A stretch of 64,000 bases of DNA from Squalus acanthias (lineage: Eukaryota): the NCBI GenBank assembly GCA_030390025.1, contig CM059432.1:132372001-132436000 (forward strand), in the 5' to 3' direction. Each line of letters begins with the position of its first letter. Position 1 is the stretch's first letter. A program made the translations under genes and the position numbers. Under the pieces are notes generated by a model. It did not search any database and was not told the DNA's origin. It was given only the letters and a program-made list of their open reading frames with translations. Positions 35,957 to 47,146 of this stretch are shown piece after piece.

Positions 35957-37111
35957 ATGGGGGCTGTACTGGCACTGGACCTCGCCCTCCAGCGTCACCG
36001 TCGGAGGCAGCGGAGGCAGACAGAAAGATTGCAAAACGTGGCCAGAGGGAGGAGGGCCAACAGGGCTCTCAACAGGAGGCCTTACTCTCCCAGGGTATTC
36101 CGGGAGCACTTCTCCCACATTCATCTCTCGGAGGAGCAATGCCTTAGAAGGCGCCTCTTCAGCAAGGAGGTGGTCACAGAGTTTTGCCACCTCTTGCAGC
36201 CAGACCTCCAGCCTCTGCTCAGGACCAGGGCGTCTCTCTCAGTGGCAGTGAAGGTTACAGTCGCTTTCAATTTCTACGCCATCGGCTCCTTCCAGGCTTC
36301 AACAGGGGATATTGCAAACATTTCACAGTTCGCCATCCATTGCTGCATCCGGGAGGTAACAGACGCTCTCTACAGAAGGAGAAGGGAGTACATCTCATTC
36401 CCCATCACCAGAGAGAAGCAGGACGAACGCTCATGTGGCTTTGCAAGGATAGCGGGCTTCCCCATGGTTCAGGGCGCCATTTACTGCACTCATGTGGCAT
36501 TGCGGGCACCTCATCACAATGCAGCGGTGTTCCGTAATCGCATGGGCTACCACTCTCCGAACGTGCAGTTGATGTGCGACCACAGACAGCACATCCTCGC
36601 CTGGCAGCAGCCACGATGCATTCATCCTGCGACTGTCCCAGCACTGTTCCACCCACCACATGAAGCTCACGGCTGGCTGCTCGGAGACAAGGGTTATCCA
36701 CTCGCCACCTGGCTGATGACACCCCTCCGCAACCCCAACACTCCTGCTCAGCACACATACAATGACAACCATTCCGCCACCAGGAACCTGATCGAACACA
36801 CTATCGGGGTGCTAAAGCAGCGGTTCCGCTGCCTTGGCCGCTCTGGAGGAGCCCTGCAGTACTCCCCTGATCGAGTCTCCCTTTTCATCGTTGTGTGCTG
36901 CATGCTGCACAACCTGGCCATTCTGAGGGCCCAGCCATTGCCACCAGCGATTGCAGGTCCACCGCAGGAGGAGGAAGAAGGAGAGGAGGAGGATGAGGCG
37001 GAGGACGAGGATGAAGAGGAGGAGGAGCAGCAGCAACGGAGGAGGGAGCCACTCAATCTTGCTTCTGCAAGGGCTGTTCGTGAGCGCCTCATTAGACAGC
37101 GCTTCCAATAA
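35957..37111 (+). pseudogene. Harbinger (HARBI1-like) DDE transposase, probably inactive
   Basis: GFPMVQGAIYCTH (first catalytic D replaced by Y), [34 protein letters not shown] motif out of frame; acidic C-tail; TATATAAA at 35773. Confidence 0.88.
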
Positions 37112-37353
37112 ATGATATATCACATGGCGTTTGCACAGTACAGCCACATCATTACTTCCAGCTCGCAGCCCCTATCACCGGGCAAAGGTCAAATGAGAAA
37201 CATCACAAAATGTGCAAGGTCAAATTAACAATTTATTATCGAACACAACTCTCTCTTTTGAAACACAACTATTCATAAAGAAACACAACAATATATTTAC
37301 AAACACATCAATTTATTAACACACACTACCCCCATTTACTAATAAAGTTTTCT

Positions 37354-39227
37354 TTACTCCCCCTTCTTCAATGATTTCCCTCCCCTTTGGAGTTCACCCC
37401 TCCCAACCCTACTGCTCCTCCGTAATGTGGCCCCAGTGGCTGCAGCAAGGCTGGTGGAAGGCTGCTGAGTCTGGGAGCCAGAGACTGCAGATGGCCTTGC
37501 AGGACGCCCTCGACCAGCACTGGGCCTGGAAGGCCCGGCTGCAGACTGCACCACCTCAGCATGGGCGGCAGCAGTCTGGGATGGCTGGGTTACAGGCTGC
37601 GACAAGTGCAATGGTGGAGTGGCAGTGGTGGGAGCAGGAACAGCACCTTCCTGCTCGACCAACACACTATCACTCCCCTGGGGCATACCCTCAGCTTCCG
37701 GAGCAATCTGCTTGAGCACAGATTGCTGGCCTGCTGTGGCACCGTGAGATCCCCGGTGGATTGTGGGCGACCCAGAGAAGATGGCAGCAGTCAGCGCTTG
37801 CGTGGCATCAAACTGAGACTGCATCAGAGCAGTCTGAGATTGGATGGCACCAACCACTGATTCGATTACAGCACTAAGCCGTTGTGCTTCGGTCTGTGCT
37901 GCAATAGCTGCTGCCATCTTACCCATGACACGCAGCATGAGGTCTGGGTCCCCAGGGTCTCTCTGTGAGTCGACCATCCTTTGCAAACTGCCAAGGATGG
38001 GCTCGCTGGTGTGAGCAGAGCTGAGTGCAATGCTGGAGGCGGACTCTTCCAAGCTCCTAGCCAGTAGATCCATGCTCTCGGGCACCCTTGCCATTGCACC
38101 CATGAGCTCGGTGTGCATGCCCATCGCCCGTGTGGTCATCGCCTCCATATTGAGGTCCTCATCTGAGTCCTGTGCAGCAGAACTCGCGTGCGAACTCACC
38201 CTCCGGGGAGATGGCCCCCGAGCTTCCCTTTCCCCATGGATTGCTGCAGCCTGCTGGGTCCCGGAGCTTCACTCACATCAGACCCATGTACTAGACTCCC
38301 CTCCAGCGACCGCGTCGCCCCATTATCGGACCTAGCATCTTCGGGAGACACAGGCAGTGAGGCTCTGGCTTGTTCTTCCTCCTCCTCTCCCGCGTTGCTG
38401 CCACTGGGAGGCTGAGGGATAGGCTGGTCAGATGGTGGCTGATTACCTGAAAGCATAAAGGCACAAGAGTGGGGTTAAGGTCAGAGGAGGGGGGCAGGAA
38501 GGGAGCAAGGCATGGAGACAGTATACTTAGATGGAAAGTGAGAAAGTCTTGTGGATTGAGGGGGAAGTGGTATGAGAGAAGAGGGAGAGGTGATGAACAT
38601 ACCGTTGTTGTCCCCAAGGGGGTCGACGTCTCCGACGGCCACTGCGCCCATGACCTGGGCGGCAATGATGAGGCCCACTCGCTCCTCCAGGTCTGTAAGG
38701 GGGTGCAGGTCCACCTCACCTCCTCCCGTTCGTACCTGCTCCCTCCTGTTGTGAGCAAGCTTGGCCTCCAAGAAAAAGGAAAGCGTGTGAGTGAGTGTGC
38801 AGCTATGTGTTTGGCAGATGTGCCTACCATAGTTGAATGGCTGTTAATGTATGCAAGGTGTGAGATGTGCACGTCACTTTTAGTAGGTGGGCATAGTTGG
38901 TGGGTGAGTGTTGGGGAGGTGGCGGTTTATACAGTGTGTGCACAGAATGAGGTTGAGATGGTGGCATGTCGAGGTTTTTGAAGCATGCACTCACCCTGAC
39001 CACCTGAGTGAGGTCATTGAATTTCTTCCAGCACTGGGTGGGAGTTCTGTGGACCACACTTCTGGCCGACACGTGCTGGGCGACCTCCCTCTACATCCTC
39101 CTAAAGGCCTGTGGCAATGGCCTCCTGCCAGTGTCTGGGAAGAGCACTGTTCCACAGCCACGACCAGAGCCTCCAAGGCGTGGTCGCTGAACCAGCTCTC
39201 TCTCTCTCTGGGCCTCTGATCAGCCAT
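37354..39227 (-). pseudogene. Harbinger Myb/SANT-like DNA-binding gene, 3 exons (39227-38995, 38765-38603, 38446-37354)
   Basis: FSDHALEALV...RTPTQCWKKFNDL|AKLAHNRREQVRTGGG (NAIF1/MSANTD-like); GT-AG junctions in consistent phase; frameshift plus TAG in exon 1 and a frameshift near 38220. Confidence 0.85.
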
Positions 39228-39728
39228 GACTTCTTGGAGTGAAGGCTTGCAGCTCCTTGCAGGCCCAGTTCACAACAGCAATGATCAGAGTGAGGCTCTG
39301 CAGCATGATTGAACCTCCCCTTTAAGAACTGGAAGGCGCCAGTCTGTCTGAGGACTCTCTAATTGACAGCACCGGAACTTGAGTAGCGCTCTGAAGGTAG
39401 CGCCCCGCTCTGCGACGTTAGCACCCTAAGAGAAGCGTGTAGCGCTTGATTTAACGCTCCACTTCCCTCTTTGGGCGTTAAAACTCAATTTCACATTCGC
39501 CAGCGCTAATTAGCGCCGGGCGCTAAAGGTAGCTCCCAGGCGATGTTAGCGCCCCAAAATGGTTGATACCGAATTTTTCCCCCATGTTTCTTTACCAAGA
39601 GAGTCTTTAAATCATAGCATTTAAAACATTGATCTTAACAGAGATTTTATTTTAATCAGCATAATCTTAAAAAAAATCTAGCTTTCCAATCATAATTCGC
39701 AGTGGTACTATTAGGACAGAAAAAGTTA

Positions 39729-40531
39729 GGGGGAAAATTTGGTATCGCCCATTTTGGGGCGCTAATATCGGCTGGGCGCAAAGTTTAGCGTCCAGCGCTA
39801 ATTATCGCCTCCGACTGCAAAATTTGTCTCTATCACCCCATGAGGTGATGTGAGCGCTAAATCAGGCGCTACACACCTCTCTTAAGGCGCAAACGTCGGG
39901 GAGCGAGGCGCTACCTCAGAACGCTACCGAAGCTCAGGTGATGCCAATTACCATAGAAGCCAGACAAACTGACGCCATCCAGTTCTTAAAGGGGAGGGGC
40001 CATCTTGCTGGCCAGTCACTCCCTGCTCATTGCAGCCTTGAATCCCGGCCTGGAGAGACCTCAAAAGCAATTGTGTTGGAAGCACTAATGGATAGGCCCA
40101 GGGAAAGAACTCGGCACTTAGGAACCTCAAAAGTGGTGCTGAGGACCAAAACTCCTTAGGACAGCGTTAAAACCAAAAATTTTGCCGACAAGAAAAGGCA
40201 GGAAGCGCCCGCCTTTAAATAGCGCTCCCCCAGCCCCTTCCCGACTTGAAAACGTTCCCCTCTACCTGACGTTCCTAGTGGCAGGCGCTAAGGCAGGGGG
40301 CGTGATTCAATATCCAGTCCGGGGCGCTACCGGGGCGTTGCACACTTGACTGGCGTCACGATCTGCGGGCGCGGGAGATCGTGGCGTTAGTGTTTAGCCC
40401 CGCCGCAAAACGATTGGTCAATTTCGCGAGCGGCGCTAAAATTGCCGCGCTCGGGCGCTAAGTTCCTAGTGCCCCGTTATTGCCCCCTGGAGGCGCTAAC
40501 GGGCGGCGCTAACCAACCGAGTTTTTCCCCC
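39729..40531 (-). mobile_element. non-autonomous Harbinger derivative (copy D)
   Basis: TIR GGGGGAAAATTT / GGGGGAAAAACT; TSD tta/tta. Confidence 0.92.
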
Positions 40532-42298
40532 TTAGTCTTTGTTCCTCTTCTTTTCACATTGTAATTAAAATGAACAGATCGATTGTCTTGCGTTTGTGTC
40601 ACTGACCAAATGATTAAAAATCTAAATGTGTCTTTGCATGGAAGTGTTTGATGTGTAAGGACAACAGTGGCGAGACGTTTTGTATTGCACACAATGTTTT
40701 AATTCTCGCTTGTCTTTTCAATTACAGGTATGTTGAACAGTATCTATGGCGTTTTCAGAAAATCAATTCTACCAAAAATTACTTTAAAAATGAAAACATG
40801 GTTTGGGGTAATTGGTTTCTATGCTCTGTAGCAACACGAATCAGCTCTCATGTTCATTTACAGTATAAATACAGAGATCAAAATGTGCATTAGATGAAAC
40901 TCAATATGATTATTTGGCGATTAAATGGCTGAAGGCTGCAAAAACCGTTCCATTTGCAGCATTTGTACTGTCAGCAAGTAAAATCTAATCTATTAAACTA
41001 TTAGACATTTAAACCTGTAGCTTTTAAACAACAAGGAAAATAAACAACTTATTCAATGCGGCCTAATTGGATTAAAAGGAGACATTCAGAAAATATTCAG
41101 ATAAAGCATAGGCATCTAATGCAACAACCGCTGAGGTAATACATATACCTAAAATATTATAGTACAAACATTTAGTGTGTTCATGTGACAACCCTCCCCA
41201 TTAAAATAGGGCACAAAGGAAGGTCACACGTACTTGTTAAGTGATCATACATTAATACTGTAAACAGTAATTTCTAGATGAAGGAGGATACATGAAAAGG
41301 GGACAAATCGGAGCCAGCGAACTGCAGGCCCATCAGCCTGACATCCGGCAGTGGGAGGATGCGTGAAGGGATCTTAAGAGATGCCCTTTATGATCACTGG
41401 GAGAGAGATGGGGCCATTAGAGATGCTCAACTTGGCTTCCGGATGGGAAGGTCGTGTCTTATAAATTTGAGTTTTTTTGAAGAAGTTGCTAGGGTAGTGA
41501 ATGGGGGCAATCCGGTTGACATTGTCTACCTGGATTATCAGAAAGCCTGTGATAAGGTACCTCACACTCGGTTACTTCACAAGATAGAATCTTGTGATAT
41601 CAGTGGCAATTTGATATGCTGGATTCGGAATTGGCTCCAATCCCGCAGCCAAAATGTTGCAGTCAATGGTTGTGGAGGCAGGTTACTAGTGATGACCCCC
41701 AGGGATCGGTGTTAAGCCCACTACTGTTCGCTGATTTGTACTAATGACATGGATAGTGGTTTTGGGGGTATGATTAGTAAAGTTGCAGATGATACCAAAA
41801 TCTGTGGAAGGGTTGAGACAGTAGAGGAGAACAATCTTCTGCAAAAAGATTTGGATGCAGTAGGGGAATGGGCCAAACAATAGCAAATGGCACTTAACCT
41901 AGATAAATGCTTTGTCACGCACGTAGGTAGAACCAGCACAGAATACATTTACCAGTTACAGGGAACGATACTGAAAGCAGTTGAGAGAGGAAAGGATCTA
42001 GGTGTTATCGTGTGCAGATCACTCAAGGTTCACAACTAATGCAGAGAAGCCAAAGCAAACAGGGTATTGGGTTGTATTAATAGAACCATTCAGTACAAAT
42101 CAAAGGACACCATTCTCTCATTATATAGGCCATTGGTTAGACCGCATCTGGAGTACTGTGCCCAGTTTTGGTCTCCTCACATGGCAGATGATTTAGTGGC
42201 CTTGGAAAAGGTTCAGAGGAGAGCTACGAGAATGATTCCTAGCTTATAGAAACTTAGTTACTCAGATTGGCTTTAAGAGCTGGGCCTATTTACTTTAG

Positions 42299-42470
42299 TG
42301 AGAAGTCGCACAACACCAGGTTATAGTCCAACAGCTTTATTTGAAATCACAAGCTTTCGGAGCGCTGCTCCTTCGTCAGGTGAAGTCACCTGACGAAGGA
42401 GCAGCGCTCCGAAAGCTTGTGATTTCAAATAAAGCTGTTGGACTATAACCTGGTGTTGTGCGACTTCTCA
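42299..42470. mobile_element. palindromic Penelope-derived element with a hammerhead motif on each strand
   Basis: Perfect 85-bp inverted arms with a 2-nt centre; 12-bp direct repeat tatttactttag on both sides. Confidence 0.85.
42381..42427 (+). ncRNA. minimal type I hammerhead ribozyme motif
   Basis: Stem I tgaagtcac/gtgatttca; CTGACGA core; stem II ggag/ctcc; GAAA-GC-T-T with palindromic AGCT stem III. Confidence 0.75.
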
Positions 42471-42596
42471 TATTTACTTTAGGGCAGCGTAGCCGTATAG
42501 GTGACCTGATAAAAGTATACAAAATAATGAAAGGGCTGGATTGCATGCCTATTGATAGATGATTTCGGTTTGACAGATTGGGGAGGACCAGGGGAC

Positions 42597-42771
42597 CAAT
42601 GTTTCCACTAAAGTGCGCGTGCACGTGGCCGCGCAGTAATCTGAACGGTCCCGCGCAGGCCGCTCACTGGCTTTTACATTGTAAATGCTGGGCATGTGCG
42701 GAAATTTAAAGGGACCACGCATTAAAAGAAACAGGCCGCGCAGAACAAAGCGCAGCTTACAGGAAACATTG
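42597..42771 (+). mobile_element. hAT-type MITE
   Basis: Perfect TIR caatgtttcc/ggaaacattg; 8-bp TSD caggggac/tagggaac. Confidence 0.8.
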
Positions 42772-42970
42772 TAGGGAACAGGCAATTAATCTCGGCAAAA
42801 GTAGGAATAGACTGGATGTTAGGCGGTTCTTCTTTTCCCAGAGAGTAGCGAGCCTCTGGAATGCATTACCAGTGATGTCACCCTGAAAGGGATTTTCTCA
42901 CACTGTCTTGTGCAATTTTCATGATGAAATATGAACAACATTACACTTAGATGAGATCTTCGCGTGTGGC

Positions 42971-43620
42971 ATAACAACATGCATTTATACAGCGCCTTTA
43001 ATGTAGTAAAATGTCCCAAGACGCTTCACATGAGCGTTATGAAACATAATTTGACACCGAGCCACATAAGGGTGATATTAGGACAGGTGACCAAAAGCTT
43101 GGTCGAAGAGATAGCTTTTAAGGAGCATCTTAAAGGATGAGAGAGAGCTAGAGCGATGGAAAGGTTTATGGAGAGAATTCCAGAGCTTAAGACTTAGGCA
43201 GCCGAAGGCACGGCCGCCAATGGTGGAGAAATTAAAATCAGGGATGTACAAGAGTCCAGAATTGGAGGAGCGCAGATATCTCGGAGAGTTGTTGGGCTGG
43301 AGGAGATTACAGAGGTAGGGAGGGGTGAGGCCACAGAGGGATTTGAAAACAAGGATGAAAATTTTAAAATCGAGGCATTGTCGGACCGGGAGCCAATGTA
43401 GGTCAGCGAGCACAGGGGTGATGGGTAAACGGGACTTGGGGCGAGTTAGGACACGGGCAGCAGAGTTTTGGATGAGCTCAAGTTTATGGAGGGCGCAAGG
43501 TGGGAGGCTGGCCAAGAGAGCGTTGAAATAGTTGAGCTTAGAAGTAACAAAAGCGTGGATGAGAATTTCAGCAACAGATGAGCTGGGGCAGGGGCAGAGA
43601 TGGGCAATGTTACAAAGTGA
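42971..43620 (-). mobile_element. L2 3' fragment
   Basis: HAFVTSKLNY...LIQNSAAR...LHWLPV...AFGHLS; L2 tail. Confidence 0.9.
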
Positions 43621-44017
43621 GTAGACAATGCATTGTACATATGAAGAAGGCCTCACGACCATTAATTAACTAAGTCACAGCTCGATGGCTCAGTGAATAA
43701 ATGTACCCATTGCCACAATAGAGACAGAAAGACCAGGAAGGTCTCAGGTTCAATCAAAGGTCTGTGCTTGATCAGCTGATTCAAGCTGGAGTGACAAAAG
43801 AGGTGCTGTAATAGGCTTAAGGTCCCACAGATCAGAGACAGAAAAGTATCAGTCACCCAACGACCTCTGCTGCAAAGTATGTCTGCATTGATGTGAGGTA
43901 AGGGCAGAATCAGGCTTTGCTGTGCTACCTCTGAAGGTCGAAAGGCCCGTCAATGATCACTGTTTGGTCTCACACATGGTGAATGGCCAGCTGAGCAGCG
44001 TACTGCAGGGTTACGAG

Positions 44018-44406
44018 TAAGTTTACCAACTCTGGTTGGATGAATTCCTTGGGAGGTTTCACCAAACGATCTCCTGCCTCCAACTGCCCCGCACCCAGGC
44101 TCCTGCCATTGGTTGTCCGACATGTCCATCCTCGGAGAGCAACACCGTTCCTCGCCAATTCGACAGCAAACAGACTCTTCATTACCCGATTGGATGTTTC
44201 CTGACTGTCTGTTAAACAGACATTTTTCCCCATCTTCAATATTTTTACAAGTAATAAACAACAACAAAAAAAATGAAAAAAAATATCTACACAATTTGGT
44301 TTGATGCCCCAATGATTTTTCTCCTGGGTTGCTCGTAGCAGTGTCCAGGAGATCAATCTTCAATTCCTGGAGACTCCAGGACAATGCTGGAGGGTGGGCC
44401 ACCCTA
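44018..44406 (-). mobile_element. hAT-Blackjack-like MITE
   Basis: TAGGGTGGCC terminus; 8-bp TSD gttacgag/gttactgg; homologous to 53960-54268 and 45092-45160. Confidence 0.7.
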
Positions 44407-44769
44407 GTTACTGGTGAGCATGGGCCTGCGCTCCTGCAGGAGTCAGTGCCTTCAGCAGAGGAGGGGAGATTCATTGAGTCCTGCGTCAAAAATCCTCCTC
44501 CTGAATCGATTGAACTGAGCTTTCCATCGCTTTTTGCTGAATCGCTTGTTAATGCTGCACATTAATAAAAATAATGAATTGAATTTTCATATATTTGTTT
44601 GTTCAATTAATGTTACCCACATGAAATAGTTAAGAACAGTGCACCTCCCTGGCTCCGTTTTTATGTGTTTTTAAACGTGTTTTAATGTCCCATTCAGTCC
44701 TCCTTGCATCAAGCTCCATTTTGCAAGCCGTTGCTAAGTTCACAGTTCAACCTGCATCTCTATGTGTGT

Positions 44770-44936
44770 TTTTTTCATTCACAGGATGTGGGCGTCACTG
44801 GCAAGGCCAGCATTTATTGCCCAGCCCTAATTGCCCCTGAGAAGGTGGTGGTGAGCTGCCTTCTTGAACCACTGCAGTCCGTGAGGTGAAGGTACTCCCA
44901 CAGTGCTGTTAGGGAGGGAGTTCCAGGATTTTGACC
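44770..44936 (-). mobile_element. LINE 3' end (family of 11277-12680)
   Basis: Resembles the reverse complement of 12505-12660. Confidence 0.8.
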
Positions 44937-46570
44937 TGGAAATACTTTGTCCATTCCTGAGGGAGGGGGAGGCTCATAATTATTCTATTGTCAGCACATC
45001 CAGTGTTATAGCTGGGATTGGAAGGGCATTGTGTGGAATCAGGGGGATGAACTTACAAACTCAAATATCCATGGTACAATGTATTGAAGTTTAGGGTTGC
45101 CAACCCTCCTGGATTGTCCGGGAGTCTCCCGGAATTGCCGATCGATTGAACTCCCGGGCGAAACGTACTCCGTGAGGGAAAGCTTGCAGGTTAAAGGGAG
45201 AGATATCCAGGGTGTCAGGCTGTAAGACTGAAAGTGCTAATACTTTCCTCACAGGTACGTCATTTTAATATGCTCCCAATATGGCCACCTCCGCATCCCA
45301 ATATACCACATCCCACCCTGCTGTCCCGCTAGCCCCAACTCCTGGTGTGGTGACCCCTCCCCCAGCTAATTCTGATCATTAAAAATGTAAAACATATATA
45401 TATATATATAAAATTAAATTAAAATAAATAAAATGTATGTAGCCGATGATTTTAATTTTTTTCTATGGGTGTCACTTCAGGATCACCCCCACCCCCACCG
45501 CTTAACCCTGCTCTACATTCCTATCTCATCCTCTTACCCTCCTCTAACCCCGCCCGACCCCAGACTTCCCTCTCGCCTCACACTGTTCTAACTGCCTATA
45601 ACTTCTAGGGGGGGAAAATTTCTTCCCCTTAGCGGCCCTCATTAGTGCCAGTAGATGGCCCTAATGGGGTGCTAGACCAGTATCGCCGGGGCGAGGCGAA
45701 TCCAGCACTGCACGCCAAATCCAGCCCACCCGTAGCGCCGCCGGTCAGAGGTATCGCCGGGAACGTCAACGCCAGGTAGATTGTGATGTCAGTGAGTGTG
45801 GAACGCTCACTGGCCGCCCGATTTGCAAAATTGATTCTCGCCACTTACCTCACCACCTGCAGTAAACACCGACAGGGAGAGCTGGTGTGCAGCACCAGGA
45901 AGATGGCTCCAGGGACGTTTTTTGTTAGTCTTCTGGCAACTAAAAAGTAGCTACATTTATACTTCAAAGATTCAAACTGCTACACTTGGTAACATTAATA
46001 GGGCCGTACTGGCATGCCACCTTGCTCTCCAGGATCTACGGTGGAGGGAGTGTAGGCAGCGAGAAATACGGGAACGTGTGCGCAGAGGGAGGAGGAGGGC
46101 CATCAGGGCTCTCACCAGGAGGCCTTACCCTCTGAGGGTATTCTGAGAGCATGTCTCCTACCTTCAATTAAGCGAGGAGCAGTGTATTAGATGGCTCTGC
46201 CTCACCAAGGAGGTGGTCACAGAACTCTGCCACCTCCTGCAACCAGACCTCCAGCCTCAGACCAGGGCGACCACAGCTCTCACAGTGGCAGTCAAGGTCA
46301 CCGTCGCCCTCAATTTCTTCACCAGCGGATCCTTCCAGTCTGCAACAGGAGACATAGCTAACATCGCACAGTTCGCCGTCCATCGCTGCATCCGGGAGGT
46401 CACTGAGGCTCTCTACAGCAGGAGAAGGGAATACATTGGCTTCCTGATCACCAGAGAGAAGCAGGATGAGCGTGCATGTGGCTTTGCCAGGATAGCGGGC
46501 TTCCCCATTGTGCAGGGCGCCATTGACTGCACCCACGTGGCTTTGCAGGCACCGCATAACAATCCTGAGA

Positions 46571-47146
46571 TCACCTCTCCACGCCCACTCAGACCTCACC
46601 GTCCTCGGCCTCGTGCATTGTTCCACTGAAGCTCAGCGTAAGCTCGAGGAACAGCACCTCATCTTCTGATTAGGCACTTTACAGCCTTCCGGACTCAATA
46701 TCGAGTTCAACAATTTCAGATCATAACCTCGGCCCCTACCATATATATATATACACATTTTATCCACCCTTTTGGTTTGTGCCTTTTCCCTTTTTTTCCT
46801 CTCTCTCCCCCCACGGCAGCTGTCTCTCATTCTGCCAGTATTTCACACTTCACACTTCTAGCCACCTTTTGTTTCTTAACCTGTCCTATTACCATCTCGT
46901 CTTGCCTTGAGCATCTCTTAATGTCTCTACTTACCATAGACCACCCCTTTTGTTCTTTTATTCCTCCCCCCAGCCTCCCCCTTGTTTTTTTATGTTTCAT
47001 TTCCTGCTTTTTTCTCAGTTCTGACGAAGGGTTTCGACCTGAAACGTTAACTCTGTTTCTCTCTCCACTGATGTTGCCTGGCCTGCTGAGTTTTTCCAGC
47101 GTTTTCTGTTGTTGTTTCAATTTTCCAGCATCCGCAGTATTTTGCT
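46571..47146 (+). mobile_element. Penelope-like element 3' fragment (GIY-YIG C-terminus and tail)
   Basis: SDLTVLGLVHCSTEAQRKLEEQHLIF*LGTLQPSGLNIEF; pyrimidine-rich UTR; hammerhead; tccagcatccgcagtattttgc terminus. Confidence 0.85.
47017..47052 (+). ncRNA. minimal hammerhead ribozyme motif
   Basis: agtt-CTGACGA-agg(gtttcga)cct-GAAA-CG-T-T-aact; palindromic ACGT stem III. Confidence 0.7.

Larger units (their letters stand above)
35475..39583 (+). mobile_element. PIF/Harbinger transposon, full two-gene structure (copy A)
   Basis: TIR GGGGGAGAAATT / GGGGGAAAAATT; TSD atg/atg; convergent transposase and Myb/SANT genes. Confidence 0.95.
41310..42870 (+). mobile_element. old CR1 LINE hosting two insertions
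   Basis: YLDYQKACDKVPH, VADDTK, RPHLEYCAQFW; many stops. Confidence 0.85.

Noticed and set aside
35930..37111. Host HARBI1 gene
   Set aside because: Lies between TIRs with a TSD, has a paralogous copy 10 kb away and carries inactivating lesions; it is transposon-borne
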